NCBI GenBank assembly: GCA_963675495.1
Contig: OY776215.1
Location: 256,001-320,000 of the forward strand
Direction: 5' to 3'
Length of the DNA stretch: 64,000 bases
Source: an uncultured Methanolobus sp.
GTDB taxonomy: Archaea > Halobacteriota > Methanosarcinia > Methanosarcinales > Methanosarcinaceae
Under the pieces are notes generated by a model, which worked only from the letters and a program-made list of their open reading frames with translations, was not told the DNA's origin and did no database searches. How positions within the stretch are numbered: position 1 is the first letter of the stretch; the number at the start of each line of letters is the position of its first letter. Made by a program: the position numbers and the translations under genes. Positions 1 to 9,538 of this stretch are shown here, one piece after another.

Positions 1-3
1 TTT

Positions 4-1143
4 GTGTCTCTAAGAAAAGATGGAAATGAATACGACACGAAAACAATGATTACGGGTTCTACATATAATGTAAAAGATACTAAGAATATAAATGTCATAT
101 ACACTGTTCATGTTGACAGAATACTCGATAATGATTTTGTTGTTGAACTCACATATGTAATAAAACCGGAAATATCACTGGAAACTGAAACCTATGAAGG
201 GAAGAACAGAATAAGTGAGGTCCGGATAAATGAAGATACCATTACAAGAACTTACAGATGGAAATATGAAGATACGGATCTCACTGTGCTTTATGAGTAC
301 AACATACAGGCTTATGATACGTATTCAGAAAGAAGTCGTAACAGAGACTATCCTAATTTTGTGAGTGACCCTTATGACGATGAGCTTATTTCCCAAATTA
401 CCACACAGATAGGGAAACTTGCTGAAGAAGCAGGTTATACTAACAGCGATATACCATACATTGCCATGGCTTTTGTACAGTCACTTCCGTATGTTAGTGA
501 TAGTGCTTCTGCAGGTTATGATGAGTACCCCAGGTTTCCTTTTGAAACACTGTACCATGGCGGTGGAGACTGTGAGGATTCATCAATTCTTCTGTCTGCC
601 CTTCTTTCTGATATGGGATACGGGGTCGCACTTATAGAGCTGCCAGGCCATATGGCAGTAGGGATGATGGGAGATTCAAGCCTTGAAGGCAGTTATTATG
701 ACTATTCCGGTACACGATATTATTATCTTGAGACTACCAATTCCGAATGGGCTGTTGGTGTTATTCCTGAAGAATATTCTAATTCAGAAGCTGTTGTAAT
801 ACCTATTGTTGGGGGGTATCCCGAATTGAAAATTGATTTTAGTGGAACTGCTAAAAGCAATGGATTTCTTACTTATGCCGAATTGGATATAGAAGTTGAA
901 AACGTGGGTTCCTCTGTTGCAGAAAATATAATTATTTATGCTACTCTTGAAAGCACTACTGAAAATATGGTATGGGATGATCTTCAGACCAATACGAATT
1001 CTGATCTGGATGTGGAAGAAACTGTGACTTATACTGTATCAGATCTACGTGTTCCGGTGGGTGAAAAATATCGCGTGGGAATATGGGCATGGGGTTCCAA
1101 TGTTGAAGAGGAATATGTTTTTAGTGACTGGATTATAGTCTAA
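4..1143 (+). CDS. Transglutaminase-like domain surface protein, probably 5'-partial at the window edge
   Basis: GGGDCEDSSILL (Cys), PGHMAVG (His) and YYYLETT motifs; Ig/CARDB-like C-terminus (EVENVGSSVAENI). Confidence 0.75.
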   Translation: MSLRKDGNEYDTKTMITGSTYNVKDTKNINVIYTVHVDRILDNDFVVELTYVIKPEISLETETYEGKNRISEVRINEDTITRTYRWKYEDTDLTVLYEYNIQAYDTYSERSRNRDYPNFVSDPYDDELISQITTQIGKLAEEAGYTNSDIPYIAMAFVQSLPYVSDSASAGYDEYPRFPFETLYHGGGDCEDSSILLSALLSDMGYGVALIELPGHMAVGMMGDSSLEGSYYDYSGTRYYYLETTNSEWAVGVIPEEYSNSEAVVIPIVGGYPELKIDFSGTAKSNGFLTYAELDIEVENVGSSVAENIIIYATLESTTENMVWDDLQTNTNSDLDVEETVTYTVSDLRVPVGEKYRVGIWAWGSNVEEEYVFSDWIIV

Positions 1144-1204
1144 AAATGATGTATGAAAATACAAAAAATAAAAATTACAGGAAAACGATTTACTTTTTCC
1201 TCAT

Positions 1205-2377
1205 TCAACATATGTATGCTTTTAAAGGTGGAAAGCCGTTGAAAGCCACAGAACTGTAACTCTGTGTGTAAGCTCCGGTAGTAAAAATATACAGATGATC
1301 ACTTTCTTTTAAAGTATTAGGGAATGTATATTTATGATTTTCATACAGAATATCCATGCTGTCACATGTCGGTCCTGCAAGTATGACCTCCTCTTCATAT
1401 CCCTTGTTCTCAGAGTAGATTGGGTATTTTATACATTCATCAAGGGTTTCGATAAGTCCTCCAAACTTTCCAACATCGAGATACACCCATTTGTACTGAT
1501 TCAGTTTTGCCTTCTTTGAAATCATAATTACTTCTGTGACGATTATTCCAGCATCTGCAGTAAGTGAACGTCCTGGCTCGATGATTATCTCCGGGTGTTC
1601 ATCTCCGAAGTCTTCTTTTATGAACCGGAGTATTTCATGGGCATATGTTTCAAGGTCATTGGCAGGAGAAAAGTACTTAGCAGGGAATCCCCCACCAAGG
1701 TTGATCATTTTGAGTTTGATACCTTCCAGTGAAACAGCTTCAAAGATATACTTACACTTTGACAGTGCATTGTCCCATTGTCCTATATCTCGCTGCTGGG
1801 AACCTACATGGAATGAAAGGCCATAAGGTTCCAGTCCAAGTTCACGTGCCTGCAGTATCAGTTCGTAGATCACATCGGGGTGAGATCCAAATTTACGGGA
1901 TAAAGGCCAGTCTGCACCGTCACTTTCAGTAAGCAGACGGAAAAACACACGAGATCCAGGAGCATTTTGCGCAATTTTCTTCAAATCGCTTTCGGAGTCA
2001 GTAACAAAAAGTCTAACACCTTTTTCATATGCATTAGCAATATCTTTTTCTTTTTTAATAGTGTTGCCATAGCTTATTTTGTCCGGCTGGACTCCAAGTC
2101 TGATGAGTTGATCTATTTCATATGTTGTGGCAGCGTCAAAATTAGATCCTTTATTCTTAAGGGTCACAATGACTTCATCGAGAGGATTTGCCTTCATAGC
2201 ATAATATATTTTTACAAAAGGCATGTTCTTGACAAGTTCATCGTACATTTGTTCTACTTTAGTCAGATTAACAGTAAGGAAAGGTGTTTCTTTACCTTTA
2301 GAGAATTTCTTTATCTTTCTAAAGTCTTCCTCAGAGATGAAATCACTGAGAGGAAATCTATATTGCTCTTTTCTCAT
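1205..2377 (-). CDS. Type III PLP-dependent ornithine/lysine decarboxylase
   Basis: YYAMKAN (PLP Lys), SFHVGSQ, NLGGGF, EPGR, GPTCDSMD, GAYT. Confidence 0.9.
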   Translation of the reverse strand: MRKEQYRFPLSDFISEEDFRKIKKFSKGKETPFLTVNLTKVEQMYDELVKNMPFVKIYYAMKANPLDEVIVTLKNKGSNFDAATTYEIDQLIRLGVQPDKISYGNTIKKEKDIANAYEKGVRLFVTDSESDLKKIAQNAPGSRVFFRLLTESDGADWPLSRKFGSHPDVIYELILQARELGLEPYGLSFHVGSQQRDIGQWDNALSKCKYIFEAVSLEGIKLKMINLGGGFPAKYFSPANDLETYAHEILRFIKEDFGDEHPEIIIEPGRSLTADAGIIVTEVIMISKKAKLNQYKWVYLDVGKFGGLIETLDECIKYPIYSENKGYEEEVILAGPTCDSMDILYENHKYTFPNTLKESDHLYIFTTGAYTQSYSSVAFNGFPPLKAYIC

Positions 2378-2781
2378 ATCAAATCCTTTTTAGAATTAAA
2401 CAAGCACTATTAGAGTCTAATAAGTTAAATTAATCTATAATATCATACTATACTAGTTTATTCAAATAAATGCTTGATAATAGACTGTTAATAACTAATT
2501 AAGTATTTAAAATTGATTATTAATTGTTATTAATAGGTAATAACTTGTTTATAATAGTTAAATTTGATATTGAACATTTATAATCTATTTAATTGATTAT
2601 AATTGCTTTATTTCAATTTTAAAGCTAATTATTACTTATTTATCAAAAAGAAGCGTAAAAAATCTTTTATAAATGCCGTGTCAATAACTTTAATCAATAT
2701 GGAGATTTACTTGATAGAGATCAACAGATTCACAATAAATTAAGAATCTGGATCAATGCAGAAATAAAAATAATAAGAAAC

Positions 2782-5049
2782 TCACTCTTCTTCAGTAATA
2801 TCCTTTGATATCGGAAGCGTAAAGAAGAAAGTACTTCCTTGACCAACTTCACTTTTAACCCAGATATTACCTCCATGCATTTCTACAAATTTCTTGATTA
2901 TTGCCAGGCCCAATCCAGTTCCTTTATATTTGCGTGTACTTGAGCTGTCAACCTGATAGAATGGGTCGAATATTCTGTTCATGTTTTGCTTTGAGATCCC
3001 AATACCTGTATCACTAACTGACAACTGTATATGATGACCATTTATTTGCATGGCACTGATTGTTACTGTCCCACCGTTTTGGGTGAATTTCAGTGCGTTG
3101 TCTACAAGATTATAGAGAATCTCTTTGACCTTTATACTATCAGCCACTATTTCAGTTTTTTTCAGAGCAATATTTACATCAATTGTTATGTTTTTCTTGC
3201 CTGATAATATAGACATCATTGAATTAACGTCATTTACAACATCCACTAAATCAAATTTTTCATAGTTTAGTTCCGTTTCACCAAACTCGATATGAGAAAT
3301 AGCAAGTATATTGTTTATCAGATTCAGGAGTAAATGCCCATTCTGGTTTATGGTGTTAATATATTTTGTTTGTTTTTCATTAAGATCACCCAGCATGCCA
3401 TCTAACATAACATCTGAAAACCCGATAATAGAGCTTAAAGGAGTTTTAAGTTCATGGCTTGTATTTGCCAGAAATTCACTCTTGCTGCGATTGGCATTAT
3501 CAGCTATCATTTTAGCTTTAAGAATAACTTCTTCGGCTTGTTTTCTCTCAGTTATGTCTCGGAAGAATACAAGAGCTCCTGCAGAACCACCATAAGTAAC
3601 TGGAACAGCAGATACTTCTGCAATGAAAGAACTGCCATCCAGACGAAAACATGTTTCTTCTATCGTTGGAACATTCTTCTTTTCAGTATTCAGACAATGT
3701 ATCCGTTCTTTGATAGTAGCATGAGAATCAAAATGGAAACGGTCTATAACAGGACTGTCAATCAATTGTTCCTTAGACTCTGCACCTAAGAGTTTTAATG
3801 CTGCAGGATTGAGGTATGTAAACCTCCAATCGGTCTGTAAAAAGATAGCTTCAGGCGCATTTTCAACAAGAAGGCGGAAACGTGCTTCACTCTCCCTCAG
3901 TTCTTCTTCTATCATTTTACGCTGGGTTATGTCGGTAATGAAACCTTCAAGAGCTATCACATTTCCTTCATCATCATAGATTCCTTTGCCCTGTTCCCAC
4001 ACCCATTTAAGTTTGCCTGAAGAAGTAGTTATTGTGTACTCGTCCTGAAAAGTTCCTCTTCTGGAAAGAGATATTTCCCATTTTTTCCACACGTAATCTC
4101 TGTATTCAGGATTTATCAGGTCATTAAAGGAAATAGTTCTATTTCCAAGAAGGTCTTTTGGATCATATCCAGTTAATTCATGACAACCTTCGGATATAAA
4201 CCGCATTGTCCAGTCCCGGTTGTAATCACAACGATATGCCATTCCAGGCATATTCGAAAGAAGAACTGACTTACTTCTCTCACTTTCCTGAAGTGCCTGT
4301 TCCAATTTTTTGCGTTCACTTATGTCTCTAAGAAAACAAAATATACTGGGAGTAGAATGCCCAATATAGATAGTGCTTACTTCAATGTGCAATATTTTGC
4401 CATTTTTCATGCGATGATGAGTTTCAAAGAAGTCCTTACCGACCTTCTTCGTTCTGTCGATATGATATATAATCTGGTTTTGATTCATATCTGTTTCCAG
4501 GTCACTTATGCTCATATCAAGCAATTCTACGTATGAGTACCCTATCATTTTGCAGTACTTGCCATTTACTTCGAGAATCTTGCCTTCCATATCAATATGT
4601 AAGAAACCATCTATCGACATCTCAGTAATTGTACTGTAGCGTTGTGCGTATTCTACGGTTTCAAGGTCGATATCTGGTATGTTCTGTACATAATAATTTG
4701 CTTGTTTTCGGTAATTCAATTCAATACAAGCACGCAGTTGTTCATCAGAGAACGGTTCTATCAGGCAATTAGAAAATGAGATTTCTTCGAAGCACCTGGA
4801 TTGCGAATCACTGAAGGCTGAAGCAACAAGAATAATTGGAATGTTTCCGATTTTCTGAAGACTCTTGTAATCTACAGTAGCACAAATCGGTTTTGTTTCA
4901 AAATGAAGTAGAATAACATCTATTTTTTCATTTTGGACGAAAGTATCCAAATAATCAGAACTCAATGATTTTTCATAAACCGAATAATCATTTGATTTAA
5001 TTTTTTGCACAAGCTCCAAATTACTTGATTCTCCCGCAAAAAGCAACAA
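2782..5049 (-). CDS. Multi-PAS sensor histidine kinase with a degenerate N-terminal receiver-like domain
   Basis: Three PAS/PAC repeats (RDISERK, TDITQRK, RDITERK); H-box SHELKTPL; NLVDNALKF, DTGIG and GTGLGL boxes. Confidence 0.9.
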   Translation of the reverse strand: MLLFAGESSNLELVQKIKSNDYSVYEKSLSSDYLDTFVQNEKIDVILLHFETKPICATVDYKSLQKIGNIPIILVASAFSDSQSRCFEEISFSNCLIEPFSDEQLRACIELNYRKQANYYVQNIPDIDLETVEYAQRYSTITEMSIDGFLHIDMEGKILEVNGKYCKMIGYSYVELLDMSISDLETDMNQNQIIYHIDRTKKVGKDFFETHHRMKNGKILHIEVSTIYIGHSTPSIFCFLRDISERKKLEQALQESERSKSVLLSNMPGMAYRCDYNRDWTMRFISEGCHELTGYDPKDLLGNRTISFNDLINPEYRDYVWKKWEISLSRRGTFQDEYTITTSSGKLKWVWEQGKGIYDDEGNVIALEGFITDITQRKMIEEELRESEARFRLLVENAPEAIFLQTDWRFTYLNPAALKLLGAESKEQLIDSPVIDRFHFDSHATIKERIHCLNTEKKNVPTIEETCFRLDGSSFIAEVSAVPVTYGGSAGALVFFRDITERKQAEEVILKAKMIADNANRSKSEFLANTSHELKTPLSSIIGFSDVMLDGMLGDLNEKQTKYINTINQNGHLLLNLINNILAISHIEFGETELNYEKFDLVDVVNDVNSMMSILSGKKNITIDVNIALKKTEIVADSIKVKEILYNLVDNALKFTQNGGTVTISAMQINGHHIQLSVSDTGIGISKQNMNRIFDPFYQVDSSSTRKYKGTGLGLAIIKKFVEMHGGNIWVKSEVGQGSTFFFTLPISKDITEEE

Positions 5050-5065
5050 TATTTTTTTTATTTTC

Positions 5066-5086
5066 GCACCTAAAAATTTTAGGTGC
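5066..5086. promoter_or_regulatory. Perfect palindrome overlapping the kinase Shine-Dalgarno
   Basis: GCACCTAAAA-A-TTTTAGGTGC with 10-bp arms; contains the minus-strand AGGTG. Confidence 0.45.
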
Positions 5087-5130
5087 CGAATTGCATATAA
5101 AGTTAGCGCCCATTACTTATTAATATATTA

Positions 5131-5496
5131 TTAATTATTTAGAAAACATGCTCCAAAAAAATTTGTTTCATTAGGCGAAGAACCCAGACTTTCTCTACCT
5201 ATCAGGTCAATAGTTGCACTTACAAGAAGTTGTTGGCTAAGCGGTGCCGACATGAAAAATACATATATCCAGCTTCTCACAAAATTACCGGAGCGAAAAC
5301 CATCAAAAATATCACTGGCTTATACATTTTCCTGATTTGCTCCTTTCACAAACATGGATACAAAACCATAGATTAATGGCGGTCCGTTTATTGCTAACAT
5401 GGAACCAAAAGAGAAAATCAATGCTGCTAATCCATAAACTACAATGTTAATGGTAACAATGTCAACTGAGTTTTTGAAAAGTTCTCCATATTCAAT
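5131..5496 (-). pseudogene. Decayed integral membrane protein gene (DUF975-like)
   Basis: One frame reads IEYGELFKNSVDIVTINIVVYGLAALIFSFGSMLAINGPPLIYGFVSMFVKGANQENV*ASDIFDGFRSGNFVRSW...; ATT at the expected start, internal TAA at 5320-5322. Confidence 0.55.
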
Positions 5497-5614
5497 AAAC
5501 CCGACTTTTTAATTTTGATTCTAAATTTAAAAGGGTGAATAAGCATCAACTATCATAAACTAGACATAAAATGAACTACAATATTAAATGTGATTATTCA
5601 AAGGGATTCAGAAT

Positions 5615-5964
5615 ATGAATTTTTATCTGGTAATATCCGGCTTGCTTCTAATAGGATTAAGCCTTCTTCATATAGTTTTTGGAGAAAGGAATTATTTTAC
5701 AAGTAAAGAGAAACGGTACATAGCAGACTATGTTCCATATCATCTGATTTCAGTTGTACTGTTGTTTCAGGGTTTGGACTAATCTATTCTGCTTTTTATT
5801 TCAATTATCAACTTCCACTTTTCATTTTTTCATTGACCATAGGAAATCTGCTGACTTTTCTAATCGTCTGTGTCAGGGAAAAAGGAACAGGAATGATCAG
5901 GAAATCAGTTCCCCAATTCATTCTCTTTGGAATTGTGATTGGCCTGATCATTTTGGGTTTTTAG
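5615..5964 (+). pseudogene. Small four-TM membrane protein split by a frameshift
   Basis: MNFYLVISGLLLIGLSLLHIVFGE...VVLLFQG, then after a 1-nt shift near 5775 continues GLIYSAFYFNYQLPLFIFSLTIGNLLTFLIVC...ILFGIVIGLIILGF*. Confidence 0.6.
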
Positions 5965-5980
5965 TGACGTGACAACGGCC

Positions 5981-6730
5981 TTATTCGATCAGATATGTCA
6001 CCTGAACAGACATTGAAACAGTGGACTCACCCGGCAGGATTGGAGTAGATACGCTGTCCTGTGCAATTGCTTCTTCTGCTACATCGTAATATATTCTGGA
6101 CCCACCGCTATCACTCACTGATGATGTCAGAACACCAGTAATTTTGACATCCAGACTACTGGCGAGCATCTCTGCTTTTGATAATGCGTCATCCACTGCT
6201 TCATCTATAAGTTCTTGACGCAGTTCTTTTTGGATTTCATCGGATACTGAAAATGAAATACTTCCGATTTGATTTGCTCCAGCAGCTGCAGATCTGTCAA
6301 TTATATCACTCAGAATGTCAAGCGTCATTGTAGTGACTTGAACGCTATTTGAAGCAGAATAACCTTCTATTGTAGGCTCACCGTCATAATTATACATGGG
6401 ATAAACAGATACGTAAGACGTCTGAATATCTTTGTCCTCCAGTCCGATAGCTTTTAGTTCTGTTATAACGGCACTCATCACCACCGCATTCTCATCGACT
6501 GCTTCCTTTGATGTAGGATACTGGGTAACTACACCAATACTCAAGGATGCAGTATCAGGAACAGCTTTGTTTTCAGCGTACCCGGTCATGTAAATAGTAT
6601 GTTCGGTATTCTTCTCTGACGTTGCCTGTGAACTGGCATATAGTGCTATTGCCATGAGCACCAAAACTATCGATAAAGCTAATACAATGTAGTATAATTT
6701 ATTGTTTGAATTTTCTTGCGACAATTTCAC
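5981..6730 (-). CDS. SIMPL (DUF541) domain membrane-anchored protein
   Basis: N-terminal TM helix; VPDTASLSIGV, GANQIGSISF, PILPGESTVSMSVQVTY. Confidence 0.85.
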   Translation of the reverse strand: MKLSQENSNNKLYYIVLALSIVLVLMAIALYASSQATSEKNTEHTIYMTGYAENKAVPDTASLSIGVVTQYPTSKEAVDENAVVMSAVITELKAIGLEDKDIQTSYVSVYPMYNYDGEPTIEGYSASNSVQVTTMTLDILSDIIDRSAAAGANQIGSISFSVSDEIQKELRQELIDEAVDDALSKAEMLASSLDVKITGVLTSSVSDSGGSRIYYDVAEEAIAQDSVSTPILPGESTVSMSVQVTYLIE

Positions 6731-7020
6731 ACCCCACTTTTAGTTAATGATGTAAATGTTGCTCTTTACATCTTTATATGTTTATGCAGCATTGTCCTGC
6801 ATATACTATGAAGAACTTTCAATTCCTCTATTCGAAGATTGATTTACCAATTTTTGGTCATAAAGTAGCAGTTCTATTATCTGAACTCATCTGAATTTCT
6901 TAGTCTCACCACATAAATTATATACTCATACGCTCTTTCTCAAATTTAAGAACAGACCGTATCTTATAGCGAATGTTTCTGACAAAGGATGGTCAGTAGT
7001 ACAATGAAAGTGGTAAAATA

Positions 7021-7527
7021 ATGTCTTCTACTTTAATGGGTTTTATGAACAAACAAGAAAATACGTTAACTCTTGGGTGGAGAGAGTGGCTTGCATTGCC
7101 TGATCTTGGTCTGCATGCAATAAAAGCCAAAATTGATACAGGTGCCAGAACCTCTGCATTGCATGCTTTTAATATTGAGCATTACATAAATGATGATATT
7201 GAAATGGTTCGATTTTTGGTCCATCCGATACAAAAGAATCAAGATTATTATATCGAATGCACAGCACCCATAAAGGACCGGCGCCAGGTAACTGATTCTG
7301 GCGGTCACAAGGAGATGCGTTATGTCATTGAAACGGATGTTGTTATTTCATCTCGGCGCTATCCTATTGAATTAACCCTCACAGACCGTGATACCATGCG
7401 TTTTAGGATGTTGCTGGGTCGTAATGCAATGAAACATTTGATAATAGTTGATCCAAGTGCATCATTTATCAATGGAAAGCTTAATGCACACTCATTATAT
7501 AATTTAATACCTGAGGTTGAAAGATGA
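7021..7527 (+). CDS. RimB-like retropepsin-type aspartic peptidase (annotated family 'ATP-dependent zinc protease')
   Basis: [25 protein letters not shown] motifs; overlaps the rimK start (ATGA). Confidence 0.88.
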   Translation: MSSTLMGFMNKQENTLTLGWREWLALPDLGLHAIKAKIDTGARTSALHAFNIEHYINDDIEMVRFLVHPIQKNQDYYIECTAPIKDRRQVTDSGGHKEMRYVIETDVVISSRRYPIELTLTDRDTMRFRMLLGRNAMKHLIIVDPSASFINGKLNAHSLYNLIPEVER

Positions 7528-8429
7528 AAATTGCTTTATTGTCAAGAAATCCTAAACTATACTCATCACGTCGATTAATTGAAGCAGCAAAAGAGAGGGG
7601 ACATGAAGTTCAAGTAGTCGATGTATTGAGAGCTTATATGAACATTACTTCTCACAAACCTTCCATTCACTATAAAGGTGAGGAACTTGAAGGGTTTGAT
7701 ATAGTAATTCCTCGTATCGGTGCATCCGTGACATTCTATGGTGCCGCTGTCCTGCGACAATTTGAAATGATGGGAGTTTTTCCCTTGAACGAATCTGTTG
7801 CAATTACTCGTTCCAGAGACAAACTTCGATCTTTACAATTACTCTCTCGTAAAGGTATAGGTCTACCTATCACTGGATATGCAAGTAAACCTGATGATAT
7901 TAAAGATGTGATCAAAATGGTCGGCGGTGCACCTCTTGTTGTTAAACTTCTTGAGGGTACACAAGGTATTGGTGTAGTACTGGCAGAAACGCAAAAAGCT
8001 GCAGAAAGTGTGATAGAAGGTTTCATGGGTGTAAAAGCCAACATTTTGGTTCAGGAATACATCAGAGAAGCAAACGGAGCAGATATTCGTTGTTTTGTAG
8101 TCGGTGGCAAAGTTGTTGCATCTATGAAAAGACAGGCTGCAAGTGGTGAATTCCGGTCGAACATACACAGAGGAGGTTCGGCAGAGGTCATTAGGATAAC
8201 ACCTGAAGAACGCTCAACTGCCATACGTGCTGCAAATATCATGGGACTCAATGTAGCAGGTGTTGATCTATTGCGCTCTAATCACGGACCTGTTGTAATG
8301 GAAGTAAATTCCAGTCCTGGCCTTGAAGGTATCGAAACTGCCACTGGAAAGGATATTGCCGGCATGATAATTGAGTACTGTGAGAAGGCAAATAAACCCG
8401 GCAAGACAGCCACGAGAGGAAAAGGCTAA
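7524..8429 (+). CDS. rimK: RimK alpha-L-glutamate ligase (ATP-grasp), bacterial type
   Basis: [56 protein letters not shown]. Confidence 0.93.
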   Translation: MKIALLSRNPKLYSSRRLIEAAKERGHEVQVVDVLRAYMNITSHKPSIHYKGEELEGFDIVIPRIGASVTFYGAAVLRQFEMMGVFPLNESVAITRSRDKLRSLQLLSRKGIGLPITGYASKPDDIKDVIKMVGGAPLVVKLLEGTQGIGVVLAETQKAAESVIEGFMGVKANILVQEYIREANGADIRCFVVGGKVVASMKRQAASGEFRSNIHRGGSAEVIRITPEERSTAIRAANIMGLNVAGVDLLRSNHGPVVMEVNSSPGLEGIETATGKDIAGMIIEYCEKANKPGKTATRGKG

Positions 8430-8432
8430 TAC

Positions 8433-9479
8433 ATGCGACAAGCTATTACGATTGCAGGCACAACCATCCAGCCTGGGACAAGGCAATCCATTGAATTGCC
8501 TATTCCAAGTTTTTATACTCATACCTCGGCATCAATGCCGTTGCATGTCATACATGGCCGCAGACCCGGACCTTGTCTGTTAATATGTGCTGCAATACAT
8601 GGGGATGAGATTAACGGTGTGGAAATAATACGCCGCATCCTTGCACATAGAACGATCAATAACATAAAAGGGACAATCATTGCTATTCCAATCGTAAATG
8701 TATTCGGTTTTGTTTCCCAGTCTCGTTATTTGCCAGATAGGCGTGATCTGAACCGATCATTCCCAGGTTCAAAACATGGGTCTATGGCATCCCGTCTGGC
8801 AAACATAATGATGAAGGAAATAGTTAGTCAGTGCACTCATGTTATCGATCTTCACACCGGGGCTGTTGCCCGGGAAAATCTGCCACAGATTCGTGCCTGT
8901 TTAGAACATCAGCCTGAAACCGAAGCTATAGCCCGTGCTTTTGGTGTGCCGGTCATACTCAATTCAGAAGTGCGTGATGGTTCGTTGCGTGAGGCAGCTC
9001 ATGAACATGATATACCGGTCATTTTGTATGAAGCAGGGGAAGCTCTCCGCTTCGATGAAGTTGCTATCAGGGCAGGTGTAAGGGGCATTCTTGGAGTTAT
9101 GTCCTATCTTGATATGCGACCAAAAAGTAAAACGAAAAAGAAGTTCAACACACTTATTTCCAGCTCGACCCAATGGGTCAGGGCTCCTGAAAGCGGGATA
9201 TTACGTTTAATTGTTCCTTTGGGAATGCTTGTCAAAAAAGGTGAGGTCCTGGCTTACATAAATGATCCGCTGGGTGAAATTGAAACAGAAGTATTAAGTC
9301 CGATATTTGGGATCGTTATTGGAAAAACGAACTTGCCCCTTGTGCATGAAGGTGAAGCTGTATTTCACATTGCTAAATATTCCAAGGCAGAAGAAGTATC
9401 CAACCATATAGAGACATATCAGGATGAACTGGATCCCGATACTGATGAAATTAGAAGCGAGCATATACCTCTGGTATAG
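8433..9479 (+). CDS. Succinylglutamate desuccinylase/aspartoacylase (M14-like) family protein
   Basis: AIHGDEING, DLNRSFPG, IDLHTG, YEAGEA; C-terminal barrel-sandwich hybrid domain. Confidence 0.88.
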   Translation: MRQAITIAGTTIQPGTRQSIELPIPSFYTHTSASMPLHVIHGRRPGPCLLICAAIHGDEINGVEIIRRILAHRTINNIKGTIIAIPIVNVFGFVSQSRYLPDRRDLNRSFPGSKHGSMASRLANIMMKEIVSQCTHVIDLHTGAVARENLPQIRACLEHQPETEAIARAFGVPVILNSEVRDGSLREAAHEHDIPVILYEAGEALRFDEVAIRAGVRGILGVMSYLDMRPKSKTKKKFNTLISSSTQWVRAPESGILRLIVPLGMLVKKGEVLAYINDPLGEIETEVLSPIFGIVIGKTNLPLVHEGEAVFHIAKYSKAEEVSNHIETYQDELDPDTDEIRSEHIPLV

Positions 9480-9538
9480 CTTTTTATATTTCAGTTTTCC
9501 ATTTTAAATCATATAAGGATCCCCTTATAACTTGTTTT

